From Rebecca billardiae RCC1528 (taxonomy: Eukaryota; Protista; Haptophyta), in NCBI GenBank assembly GCA_965240325.2, contig OZ251224.1, forward strand, positions 1,054,001 through 1,118,000: 64,000 nucleotides of DNA, written 5' to 3'. This document shows, in pieces, positions 22,730-33,057 of the stretch. The notes under the pieces were generated by a model. That model had not been told where the DNA came from and made no database searches. It saw nothing but the letters and a program-made list of their open reading frames with translations. The number at the start of each line of letters is the position of its first letter. Positions within the stretch are counted from its first letter, which is position 1. The position numbers were made by a program, and so were the translations under genes.

Positions 22730-24850
22730 ATGGAGGCGGGGGGCGACTTTGCGCTGGAGGAAGACCCCTTCGAGGGCCTGGACGAATTCCGGGACGACCT
22801 CGACGACGACTTGCTCGCCATCGCCAACGACCACCTCAACGACGCGGATATTTGCGAGCTGGCCGGCGAGGGGCGGATCGAGGATGTGCGCACACTCAGC
22901 CTGGTCGTGGACACGACGGGCGACAATTCGATCCTCAGCGACCTCGGGGTGCGACTGCCGCAGCTGACCAGCCTGAAGCTCAGCGGGAGCTCCATCGCCT
23001 CGATCCGCGACCTGGGCAGCTCGTGGGCGCGGCTGGACGTGCTGTGGCTCTCGCGCTGCGGGCTGAGCGACCTGGACGGCCTGCACGGCATCACGCAGGT
23101 GCGCGAGCTGTACCTCGCGTTCAACGACATCTCGGACCTGAGTGCGCTCGTCGCGCTCGAGCAGCTCTCCGTCCTCGACCTCGAGGCCAACAAGGTCGCC
23201 GACCTCGCGCAGGTCGAGTTTTTGAGCGGCTGCGCCGAGCTGAGCGACCTCTCTCTGCAGCACAACCCCGTGAGCCAGCTGGCGGGGTACCGCGCGACGG
23301 TCTCGCAGCGGCTGCCGCAGCTGCACACGCTGGATGAGCTCAAGGTCGCCCCCGCCGATCGCGCCGCGCTACCCGCCGAGACGGCGCCCGCGGCGAGACC
23401 GGCACCGGCCGGCGGGCACGGTGGCGGTGGGGATCCGACAGCAGTCGCGGCAGGCGGCGGGGCGGACGCGGGCGCGGCGGGCGGCGCGGAGGAGGGCGCG
23501 CCGGCGCAGATGATGCGCGAGCTGCAGCTCGTCGTGGACGGCGTCAAGTACGCCCAAGTGCACCACGTGCCCGTGATGGCCTCGCCCGCGGGCGGCGCTG
23601 TCCGACCGGGCACCGCCCTGAGCGGCAGTAGGCCCACCACCTCTGCTGGCTCGTACGCAGGCCGGCCGCCGAGCGCGGGCAGCGCGCACAGCGGTGGCGC
23701 GGGCGGGCAGGTCCGCCGGCCGCGCACGAGCTGGCGATCGGCGCCGCCGCTGCCCCTTACGCGCGGCTCGAGCGACCCGGCGCGCATGCGAGGGCTGCGT
23801 GGCGCCGCGGGCAGCGAGCTGCGCGCGCAGACCCCACCTGGGACGCCCACGCGCCGCCCAGGCACGTCGGGCGGGCGGCCAGGGTCGACGCGCCCTCCGA
23901 CTGGCGGCAGGTGCGCGCGCGGCGGCGAGGCCGCGCGCCGCGCTCGCGTGCGCGGGCGGCCTGCTCACCTTCCTCGCCCTCCCTGCGCCGCCCGGGCGCG
24001 TGGCAGGCCTGGCACGGCGCAGCGCATTGTCGCTGCGGGCGGCGGCAACGGGCGGCCGCCCGCGCACGCCGCGGCCGGCCTGAACGGTAAGCGCGCTGAC
24101 GAGCAGGACAACGCCAGCCAGCTCACGATGGGGACGCAGAACATATTCTGCGGCACTGGCATCCGCGCGCTCCGCGCGCACAAGCTGCGCCCCGCGGACG
24201 ACGGGCAGGACGCGGCCGCGGCCCTGCAGGAGGCACCGCGCGCCACTGGGAGCGGCATCCGCGCGCTGCGCGCGCGCCGGGCGGGCTCCGACTCGGGCGC
24301 AGATGGCGACCGCGGCAGCGAGGGCAGTGGCGAGCGCTCGCGCGCGTCCACCTCGGACGCCGCCGGCGTGACGGCCGGCGAGTCGCACGCGTGGAGCGCG
24401 GGCGTGCAGGCCGAGGGCGAGCAGTGGGAGCAGGAGCTGCTGCTGCAGCTCAAGGCGGTCAAGATTGAGGAGGCGTGGGAGGGGCGGGACTCGTTTGCCG
24501 CAATGGAGATGGGCCTCGATCTGACCGACGCGGAGGCGGGGGCGGGGGCGGAGGCGGAAGCGGAGGCGGAGGCGCGGCCGGGCGTGCGCGTGCGTGTGGG
24601 CAGAGCCGAGCACGCGCATGGCGCCTACTCGCCACTCGCGCCGAGCGTACCCAACGCTTTTGGCGCCGCCACCATGCCGCCCATGCGGCCTGGAGCACTC
24701 GCGGACAAGCCGCGCGCGCGGCCCGGCCCTTCGCGCCCGGGCGTGCGGCCAGGCTCGATGTCCACCGTGAATGGCGGAAGTATTAACGTGCTCACGCTCG
24801 ACGACTCGAGCGCGGCGCCCCCGGCAGCGCGGATGGTGACGACTTCCTGA
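22730..24850 (+). CDS. LRRC56: LRRC56/ODA8-like leucine-rich-repeat outer dynein arm assembly factor; probable intron 23911-24006
   Basis: LGVRLPQLTSLKLSGSSIASIRDLGSSWARLDVLWLSRCGLSDLDGL...ELYLAFNDISDLS...LDLEANKV...LSLQHNPV matches the LRRC56 pattern, followed by a low-complexity C-terminus. Confidence 0.8.
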   Translation: MEAGGDFALEEDPFEGLDEFRDDLDDDLLAIANDHLNDADICELAGEGRIEDVRTLSLVVDTTGDNSILSDLGVRLPQLTSLKLSGSSIASIRDLGSSWARLDVLWLSRCGLSDLDGLHGITQVRELYLAFNDISDLSALVALEQLSVLDLEANKVADLAQVEFLSGCAELSDLSLQHNPVSQLAGYRATVSQRLPQLHTLDELKVAPADRAALPAETAPAARPAPAGGHGGGGDPTAVAAGGGADAGAAGGAEEGAPAQMMRELQLVVDGVKYAQVHHVPVMASPAGGAVRPGTALSGSRPTTSAGSYAGRPPSAGSAHSGGAGGQVRRPRTSWRSAPPLPLTRGSSDPARMRGLRGAAGSELRAQTPPGTPTRRPGTSGGRPGSTRPPTGGRCARGGEAARRARVRGRPAHLPRPPCAARARGRPGTAQRIVAAGGGNGRPPAHAAAGLNGKRADEQDNASQLTMGTQNIFCGTGIRALRAHKLRPADDGQDAAAALQEAPRATGSGIRALRARRAGSDSGADGDRGSEGSGERSRASTSDAAGVTAGESHAWSAGVQAEGEQWEQELLLQLKAVKIEEAWEGRDSFAAMEMGLDLTDAEAGAGAEAEAEAEARPGVRVRVGRAEHAHGAYSPLAPSVPNAFGAATMPPMRPGALADKPRARPGPSRPGVRPGSMSTVNGGSINVLTLDDSSAAPPAARMVTTS

Positions 24851-25417
24851 GTGAGTGCGTCCTCACTCTCACAGACTCAGGCCCAGGGCCGGGCCAGCGG
24901 TGGTGTGTTACCAAGCGGACTGCCGGCGGCCACTCGAGAGTGCCCGGTGGCCGTGGCAGCATCACCATCAGTCTGGCTGCAGTCCCGATCGGCGGGCTGC
25001 CCAGTCAGCGGCTGCCAGGCTATATAATCTATATCCCTCCTCTCGGCCGTCTGACCATCAGTCACGGGCGCAGTCCGATAGCTTAGTCTCGTCTAGATTA
25101 ATACAAGCGCGATCTTTTGACTGTGTGAATGGGGCGCCGCCCTACATGCTCAAATATTTTCAAATCATGATCATCCGATGAGGAGAAAGAATATTAACGC
25201 CAGCCTTGTAACATTGCCTGGTCCCTAGTCGCCTAGAAGTAGATACGATGCTGTCCGGGTCACCACGGTCCGGGGCGGATCTGAGCAGCCGGGTTAGTTG
25301 ATTATTTAGTTCCGCCCGGACAGGCCAGAAAATGGGATTTTCACACCCCCAGTTGAATAGTAATATTAACGGTCATTTACGGTGTCGCACGGGACTGAGT
25401 CTCTGAAGTCTGAGAGT

Positions 25418-25462
25418 AATCTCGCCTGCCTGAGCTGTGTGCGTCTCTTATTCTTAGTAAAC
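25418..25462 (-). repeat. Repeat family A copy
   Basis: AATCTCGCCTGCCTGAGCTGTGTGCGTCTCTTATTCTTAGTAAAC is identical to part of 8258-8310. Confidence 0.8.
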
Positions 25463-25958
25463 GGACACTTATGTAGTGCCATGAGTATTGAGAATTGAGT
25501 CCGAGTCATTGTCGATCTGATTGTGATGACTACAGACTAGTTGTGAGTGCGGTCGGAGCCCGGCAGGCCGGCAGCGCCTGCGGCCGCCAATGCCCGCCCA
25601 CGTATTACGTAATTAATGCTGAGCACTGCTGCTGCACAGAGTCTGACGCCTGCTGCACCGCTGCCTGCTGGCACCAGGCAAGAGCCTGGCACAGGCATCG
25701 CCGTTGGACGGTCCTACCAGGTCGCTGCCAGCGTTGCAACCGACGCTCGTCTGAGTCCGTGTCACTCAGACTCACGTCTCTGCCATCCGGCATCCAGCCG
25801 CCGCTGCCGTATTGTCAAGTATCGGACGCGTCCCGTCAACGAGTTGGCTTGACGTCGCATCCTGATTCCCAAGGGCCGCAGGCAATATCACAGCGCTGCC
25901 GCCGTGACACTGCGCCCGCAGCCCTGGAAGTTGTCGATCTGTGCAGAGGGCGCGCACG

Positions 25959-27066
25959 TCACATGGCCATGCTCTCCTCGAGCATGCGCAGCTCGCGCTC
26001 CTGCGCGCACAGCGGCGTGCAAGGGGCAGTGCGGGGCGAGATCACGCAGCCGCCCCAGGTGGCAGCTGCGCGGGGCACGCAGCGACGGTCCACGCGAAGG
26101 GCGGCGGCTGTCCGTTGGACGCGCACGGCACGCTCTGCAGGGCGCACCTCGTCTGTCTCAGCCACCTTGGTGGTGGGCGCGCTCGGCATTGCCGGCAGGG
26201 ACTGTTGTGGGATGGCGCTGGAGGGCGCAGCAGGGGCGTTGACTGCTGCCGCGGTGTCGGCGGTCGCGTCGATCTTAAGGACGTGCTCATCCAGCGTTGC
26301 CTGCTCAAGCTCCTCGAGCTCGCGTTGCAGCTCGTCCTGTGGCGCGCGAGGGTAGGCGCGGTGGCGCCGGGCGAGTCGGTGAGCGCCCGCTGCCGAGCGG
26401 CTCGGCAGCACGCGGCGGGCGGCGGCCGCACCTCATCCTCGCCGACACCGAACGCGTTGAGCGGGCGCGCAAGCGCGTCGGCGGTCTCGTTCTGCAATTC
26501 GATCTGCTCCTCCAATTCGTCCATCGTCTCCTCGACGCGCTCTACGCCCATCTCCTTGTTGAGACGCTCCAGCTCGCGCTTCCCTGCGTCGATCGCGTCA
26601 AAGGTGACCTTCGAGATGTTGACCTGCTCAAGCGCCATGCGCTGCTGCTCGAGGGTCATCTTTGATGCGCTCACCTTCTCCACCTGTGCGTCGATCAGCT
26701 TCTTGCGCTTCAGAGCAGTCAAGGCAGCTGCATGCCGCCAGGGATGCATGGCGTGTGCGCGCAGCGACGTGTGTGCGCGCGGAAGCAGCGCACTCGGGCG
26801 TGAGCATCTCTGCCGCGCGGGGGCCGGGCGGCACGACGCGAAGTGCCCTCGCGCGGTGACACGCGCCACGCACCTCGCTTGTTCTTCTCTTGCGTGAACC
26901 TCTTCGCCTCGGCAAGCTCGTGGTCAGACTTGCGCATCAGGTGCTCCTCACGCTTCGTGAGCTGATCCTCCGCCTCGCGGAGCCGCGCGATCGCATCCTT
27001 CGTCGATGCGCCGCCAGAGGGCTGGGAGCTCGGCGCAGAGGGCCGCCGCTTGCCGAAAAGGTTCAT
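25959..27066 (-). CDS. SNF7: ESCRT-III subunit SNF7/VPS32/CHMP4; exons 27066-26874, 26727-26432, 26336-26148, 26000-25959
   Basis: MNLFGK...KDAIARLREAEDQLTKREEHL...KNKR|AALTALKRKK...MDELEEQ...EDE|DELQRELEELEQ...|ERELRMLEESMAM*, with three GT-AG introns. Confidence 0.92.
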
Positions 27067-27202
27067 CGGCAGGAAGGCCGCGTCCCGCGCCTCCCTGCTG
27101 TCCACGCCCAGGATGCCGGCACTACAACCAGCGTCAGCAACCCCGCTTTCAGCTTGTCCGGTGTGCTGCTTCCGACCGGCAAAGCAAGCCGGAAGCACGA
27201 AG

Positions 27203-28330
27203 CAAGGGCGGTAAGGGCTGTCAACTCCCAGTGGCGGCGTGGCAGAGGTTGGTCGCCGCTTCGCTGCTGCGCGGCCTCGCTCCAGCGACTAACTCTCGTG
27301 GGCGCCCGCCCCGGGGGGCGAGTGGGGCGCGCACGGCGCGAGCTCCTGTGGCCGTGTACGCGCGCGCGGAGGCGGCGCGCGTGGCTGGGCAGGTGCTAAG
27401 GAGTGTATGTCGCCCTCCCACGCCGCGCGCCTTGCTCGCCGCCGCTTTCGCCGCGCCTCAGGCCAGCGCGCACGCGTGCGCCGCCTCCAGAGCCAGCCTC
27501 GGGCAATCGGCAGCCGCCCGCGCATGTGTGGTGCGCGGTCTGGTCGGCGCGAGTCGGTCGGGGCCATCGGGCGAGGCTCGCATACTACAGACGCGCGCCA
27601 TGCTGCCTCGCGCCGCCGCGCGTGGGTTGTCATGGGTCGACACGCAAGCATCTTAGGTCTGACACGAACTGCAGCACGAATGCGAAAATGCTCATGTTTG
27701 GACGCTCATGGAGACGCTGGAGAGCACAATAGACGCGCGCAGGCGATGAAGAGCGGGGCAATGCACTCATAGGACGCCGTACACGCGCCCAATGCGGCCG
27801 CCTATCACGCGCATGTGCGCTCACTGTCACGTATTCGAGCTCATTTCTGCTTGTCGTGCATTCATCGATCAGCTTCCTTCAACAGCTTCACGGGATGGGA
27901 CCGGGCCCATGCGCGGCGGCGCGAGGCAGCATGGCGCGCGTCTATAGTATGCGAGCCTCGCCCGATGGCCCCGACCGACTCGCGCCGACCAGACCGCGCA
28001 CCACACATGCGCGGGCGGCTGCCGATTGCCCGAGGCTGGCTCTGGAGGCGGCGCACGCGTGCGCGCTGGCCTGAGGCGCGGCGAAAGCGGCGGCGAGCAA
28101 GGCGCGCGGCGTGGGAGGGCGACATACACTCCTTAGCACCTGCCCAGCCACGCGCGCCGCCTCCGCGCGCGCGTACACGGCCACAGGAGCTCGCGCCGTG
28201 CGCGCCCCACTCGCCCCCCGGGGCGGGCGCCCACGAGAGTTAGTCGCTGGAGCGAGGCCGCGCAGCAGCGAAGCGGCGACCAACCTCTGCCACCGCCGCC
28301 ACTGGGAGTTGACAGCCCTTACCGCCCTTG
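27203..28330. mobile_element. 1128-bp foldback non-autonomous DNA transposon (P-superfamily-like), ~424-bp inverted arms, CAAGGG...CCCTTG ends, 7-bp TSD CACGAAG
   Basis: Arms 27203-27626 and 27906-28330. CACGAAG lies at 27196-27202 and 28331-28337. A second copy is at 38678-39805. Confidence 0.92.
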
Positions 28331-28398
28331 CACGAAGCGTGCCGGAACCGTCTCTCTCGTTTCTCGCCGCGAAGCCGACGACGCACGTGGACGGGTCG

Positions 28399-29886
28399 AT
28401 GACACCGCGAGCGCTCCTGGCGGCGTGCCTGGCGTGGGCGGGTGCCGGCGCACACGTGTCCACGCGCGGTGGATGCGGTGCGTTGCAGCCGCCCTCCTCC
28501 TGCCGCGCGCGAGTCTCGGTCCGGCCTCACGGCCGGATGGCTGCGCTCGGCGCGAGCGACCAATCGTTTGTGCTGTGGGCCCGCGAGCAGAGCATGCCCT
28601 CGCTCGAGAACGTCGAGCTGACCATCGCGCCATCCGGCCTGCGCGGCCTCGTGGCGAAGCGCGAGCTGCCTGCCAAATCTCCCATCGTCTCCTGGCCGGC
28701 GGCGCTTGCTCTCGAGGTCACCACAGACATGCGCGCGCCGGAGGGCGTCTCGCGCACCGCGTGGGCGGCCAACCCGGAGTGGTACGTGCGGCTGGCGATT
28801 CTGCTGCTGCTCGAGCGCGACGCCGGGGACGGCTCCCCTCTCGCGCCGTGGATCCGCGCCCTCCCGCGCTCTTTCGACCAGCTGCCGTACTACTGGACCG
28901 ACGCGGAGCTCGACGCGCTCCAGTACCCGGCGCTGGGCGCGGCCGTGCGGCGGCAGCGTGAGGACTACCAGCGCTTCCACACGCGGCTGCGGCTGAGCGA
29001 GGCCGGCGACTGGGACATGCCGAGCTTCGAGTGGGCGCTGCACGCCGTGCGCTCGCGCGCCTTCAGCGGCGCGTACGAGGGCTCCTCCTTCAAGGAGAAG
29101 GCGCGGCTGCTCGCGCTCGCCAGCGTGCTCACCATCGCGACCCCGCTCGTCGGCGCCGCGAGCGTGGAGCAGGCGCTCACCGGCGCGGCCGCCGTCGCGA
29201 TCGCCCTGATCGCGCGCGACGTGGCGCTGCCGCGCGTGCTCGAGCTGCGCCGGTACGTGGTGTGCCCCTTCATCGACATGCTCAACCACCGCGGCGACTC
29301 CCTCTCCGACGTCGCGTACCAGGTCTTCACGAACGAGTTTGTGATGAGCCGGACGGAGCCGGTGGAGGCGGGCGCCGAGGTGTTCATCAACTACGGCGCG
29401 CGCTCCAACGACCAGCTGCTGCAGTTCCACGGGTTCGTCGAGGAGGGCTGCGTGACCGAGACGTACGTGATGCCGCGTGCCATCGAGCACATCGACGCCG
29501 CGACGGGCGTGCCCGACAGCGCACTCGACGAGCTCGGCCGCGCCGGGCTGCTCTCGTCGCTGCAGGCGGGGGCGCGCTTTGACGCGGCCGGCCGGCCGGA
29601 CGAGCCCACGCTCGAGGCGATGGGCGCCCTGCACAGCGCGCTGGGGGGCAAGGCACCGAGCCCGGACGGCGGGGCCAAGTCGGGCGCGACGCAGCTCCTA
29701 CTCACGGCCGCCCTTCGCGAGCTCGAGATCCTCGACACGCCCGACGACGCGCTCAGCGGCCGCGCTGACGGCGGCGACGTGCGCGCGCAGCTGGCCGTGG
29801 CGTACGTGCGCGAGAAGCGGCGCGTGCTGGCCCAGGCGGCGCGCTACCTCGAGGAGCAGCTGCGTGGCGCGAGCCGCCGTCCGTAG
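28399..29886 (+). CDS. Plastid-targeted SET-domain protein lysine methyltransferase (Rubisco LSMT/SETD3 family)
   Basis: Signal peptide MTPRALLAACLAWAGAGA plus a transit-like region, then GLRGLVAKREL, PFIDMLNH and EVFINYGARSNDQLLQFHGFV, with a C-terminal LSMT substrate-binding-like helical domain. Confidence 0.88.
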   Translation: MTPRALLAACLAWAGAGAHVSTRGGCGALQPPSSCRARVSVRPHGRMAALGASDQSFVLWAREQSMPSLENVELTIAPSGLRGLVAKRELPAKSPIVSWPAALALEVTTDMRAPEGVSRTAWAANPEWYVRLAILLLLERDAGDGSPLAPWIRALPRSFDQLPYYWTDAELDALQYPALGAAVRRQREDYQRFHTRLRLSEAGDWDMPSFEWALHAVRSRAFSGAYEGSSFKEKARLLALASVLTIATPLVGAASVEQALTGAAAVAIALIARDVALPRVLELRRYVVCPFIDMLNHRGDSLSDVAYQVFTNEFVMSRTEPVEAGAEVFINYGARSNDQLLQFHGFVEEGCVTETYVMPRAIEHIDAATGVPDSALDELGRAGLLSSLQAGARFDAAGRPDEPTLEAMGALHSALGGKAPSPDGGAKSGATQLLLTAALRELEILDTPDDALSGRADGGDVRAQLAVAYVREKRRVLAQAARYLEEQLRGASRRP

Positions 29887-30695
29887 CGACTGCTGCCGCG
29901 CCGCGCCGATGGCAGCCGCGCGCTGCCAGCGGGCCAATGGCGCGCTGGGAGGCATCGTGAGTCGGTTGGGTCTCGCTGCGAGAGTGCCGGTGGTCGTGTC
30001 CCGCGTCACCTCACCTGGCGCCGCCGCGCTCCGGGCGCGGCGGGCGCCCGGCGCCCGCGGGCCTGACGCGCACCCGTGGCAGACTGCCGAGTGCAGCAGC
30101 CTAGCTGCCTGCACGCTGACGGCAGTGGCACGACATGCTGGCAGTCATCATCATGGCAGCGCGAGCTATACGCTACTGCGCGGCGACTCACGGTCGCGTC
30201 CCGGTCCGCATCAGTATAAGTTCACTGCATAAGTATAGCAGTGTATTGCTAAGGCAATCGATATTATATATATATATTAACTCGTTATTATTATTTTATT
30301 ATAAATACATATATTCGATCGATATATTATAATTAGTTTGAAGTCCGAGTGACTCCGAGTCCGAGTCGCCGAGTACTCGCCGACGTCACGTAGAGTGACG
30401 TGAGGCCGACGTCGACGATGCGCGTCACTGCGCGACGGCTAGAATGATGATAGAAATATATTAGAATCCGGGCCATCAAGTCGTACTACTATTGGTACCG
30501 ATATAAAAGTAGTTATCATCGCCGCGGGTCCGGGAATCATGCGCCTCATGCGGGAATAATAATCATGCCGCACGAGTCTGAATTCCGGACGGATGTCGGA
30601 CCGTCCGAGGTGAGTGCCTGGCGCTCAGCCGACAGCCTGGCAGTGGCAGGTCACTGGCTCCTCATCCTCGTCCCGCGGCCGCATCCGTCATCGGC

Positions 30696-32680
30696 TCAGG
30701 CTGTCTCGGGGAGTCTCTCAGGGCCGCTCTCGAGAGGCTCGGGAGAAGTGCTGGGGCGCGCGCGGCTCCGTTGGTACTCCGTCATCGGTGAGGGATGTAC
30801 CGCTGCTCCGCCGCCCCGATGCGGCCTGAGCAGCGTATCGACAAAGCCACGTCGCATCGCCGTCAGCCCGTGGATGTCCTCATCCTCGTGCACGCGCTCG
30901 GTCCAGGTCGCCGGCCGCTCCTGCTCCTCCTCCTCCTCTGCTGCCTCGCCCTCGGTCGTCCTCGTGCGGGATGGCTGGGAGCGCAAGTCGTGACGGCTGC
31001 GCGGCAGCGGGATGCCCACGAACGGTAGCTTGCGCGGAGGCGTGCCACTGGCCCACTCGGCGGTCGATGAAGGCGCGTCGCCGCCGAGCAGCTGCGTGAG
31101 CACGCTGCGCACCATCGCGTTGAACCCGGGCAGCCCCTCAAAGCCCACCTCGATCGTCGAGAGCAGCCGCTCGCGGTCGGCGGCGTGGCTGCACACGGCG
31201 TGCCGCACGTCGAAGGCGGACGGGTCGAGCTCGAAGCCCTCGGGCACGAGGAGCTCGACGCGCTCGAGCGTGCCGCCCATCGTGAGGAAGACGTACAGCT
31301 CGGTCGCGCACCACAGCCGCGAGAGGTACGTCGGGCCGACAATCAGCAGCAGCTGCGAGCAGCCCGCGAGGAAGATGGGCAAACACGCCAAGTTCTGCGC
31401 GATGTTGCTCTGGTCGATGCAGCACCTGAGGGCGCGCGCACGACGGCGCGGGGGAAGCGGAGGGAGCGGGGCGGATGAGCCGCCACGCGCGGAGCGGGCA
31501 CGCGACCGGGCGAAGGGCGCGCCGCGCGCGCACTTGTCGAACCACATGATCGGCTCTCGCCGGTGCTGCTGCACAAAGCGCTGCCGCCAGCGCTGCAGCT
31601 CCGCCCACTTGGGCGCCGGCGCGTCGTGCCAGCTGCGCGCGCGCGGTGCGGGGCGCGCGACGGGCGGTGAGGCGGCGCAGCGGAGGGGGGCGGCGCGCGC
31701 GCGGCGGCGCCGCGTCCGCGTCCGCGCGGTGCGGTGCGCGCGCACGAGTGCGAGATGAACGCGTCGACCGCGCCAATCTTGGCGGGCGAGGTGAGCCGGT
31801 ACAGGCTGCGCTCGGCCGTGTTCTTTGAGAAGTGCTCGTACACGATCGCGTTGGCGGGCATGCAGCGGAAGAGCTTCTGCGAGAGGGCGAGGACGGTCTC
31901 GACGGAGCGCGCGCCAAGAAGCGCCGCCACGCCGGCCGCCACCCCCACCGTCTCGCCGCGTGTCGCCAGCCACGCGTGCGCGTGGATGCGGAAGCTCGGC
32001 TCGAGCGCGGCGATGCCGAGCACGAGCTGCTCGAGCACGAGCGTCGCGTGCGCGAGGTCCTCCGTCGTGGCGGTCATGGTGCCGGCGAGGAAGCCGATCA
32101 CGGCGCGGATGAGCAGCAGCGCCCCCGTGCACGCGTACATCACGCCGCTCCCCTTCCACAGCGCCGACACCCTGGCGCGCGTCGGCGGGCGCCACCACAG
32201 CAGCACCGCCAGCAGGCAGAGGGCGTCCACGAGGTAGATGGTGGCGAGGATGGTGTGCGTGATGGCGGTGACGAGCAGCCACCAGCACGGAGCGCCAGGG
32301 CATGCGTTCGCTTCCACCATGATGTACCGCGGCATGCTGATCACGTAGGCCTGCGTGACCGCGCCCCACATGACGAGCGTCGCGAGGAAGGCGAGCGCCA
32401 AGTCTGCGACCCGAGGCGCGTTGGGCACGACGGTGAGGAGCAAGACGAAGATGCCGAGATGTATCACGCACGTGAAGAACGAGCGGCCCTCCACCTCCCG
32501 CAGCAGCATCGACAGGCAGATGCCCGTAAAAATTAGCGCGAGCCCGACCACCAGCGTCGGCGTCTGAATCCGAGCAATCCGCCGCCGGCCCTCGAGCCGC
32601 GCTTGGTCGAGCCGGACGCGGACGGCGGCGCCTTCTGGCGAGCTAGGTCGCACACCGGCGGAACTCGATGGCGCGACCAT
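30696..32680 (-). CDS. Multi-pass membrane protein with a C-terminal TIR-like domain; exons 32680-31746, 31632-31534, 31425-30696
   Basis: About 6-7 hydrophobic segments, then spliced VDAFISHS|WHD...MWFDK|CCIDQ...LPIFLAGCSQLLLIVGPTYLSRLWCATEL, giving the TIR beta-A and WCxxE motifs. Introns are GT-AG. Confidence 0.8.
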
Positions 32681-33057
32681 CGATCCGTCTGTGCGGCTGA
32701 AAGCTGAAGCGGCCGCGCCCCCTTGCGCCGCAGTGAAGCGTGGGGTTTACCACGGAGCGCCCCGCCAAGCTTCCCAAGCGCGCCTCCCCTCTTCCCGAAC
32801 TTGCCAAGTTGAAAGTCCCATCAGGGTATTAATTACGCACGACGGCATTAATCATTGCTGCTCCGGCTAGCTTCGGAAACTGTATCTGGCTCTAGGAAAA
32901 CGCACCGTGATCGTCAATCTGTCGATATGGGGTGAGTGACCTACCCGGCCGATCAATACGTACCCTGAAAACGTGGGTAGAAGTTATCCATAGAATCGAC
33001 TTTTTCCTGTGCTGAATAAAATAAAAACGGCCCGCCATTTGAAATTGCAAAGGCACG

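Noticed and set aside
28111-28398. N-terminal extension of the SET ORF from 28111
   Set aside because: It derives mostly from the transposon arm. The ATG at 28399 begins a proper signal peptide.
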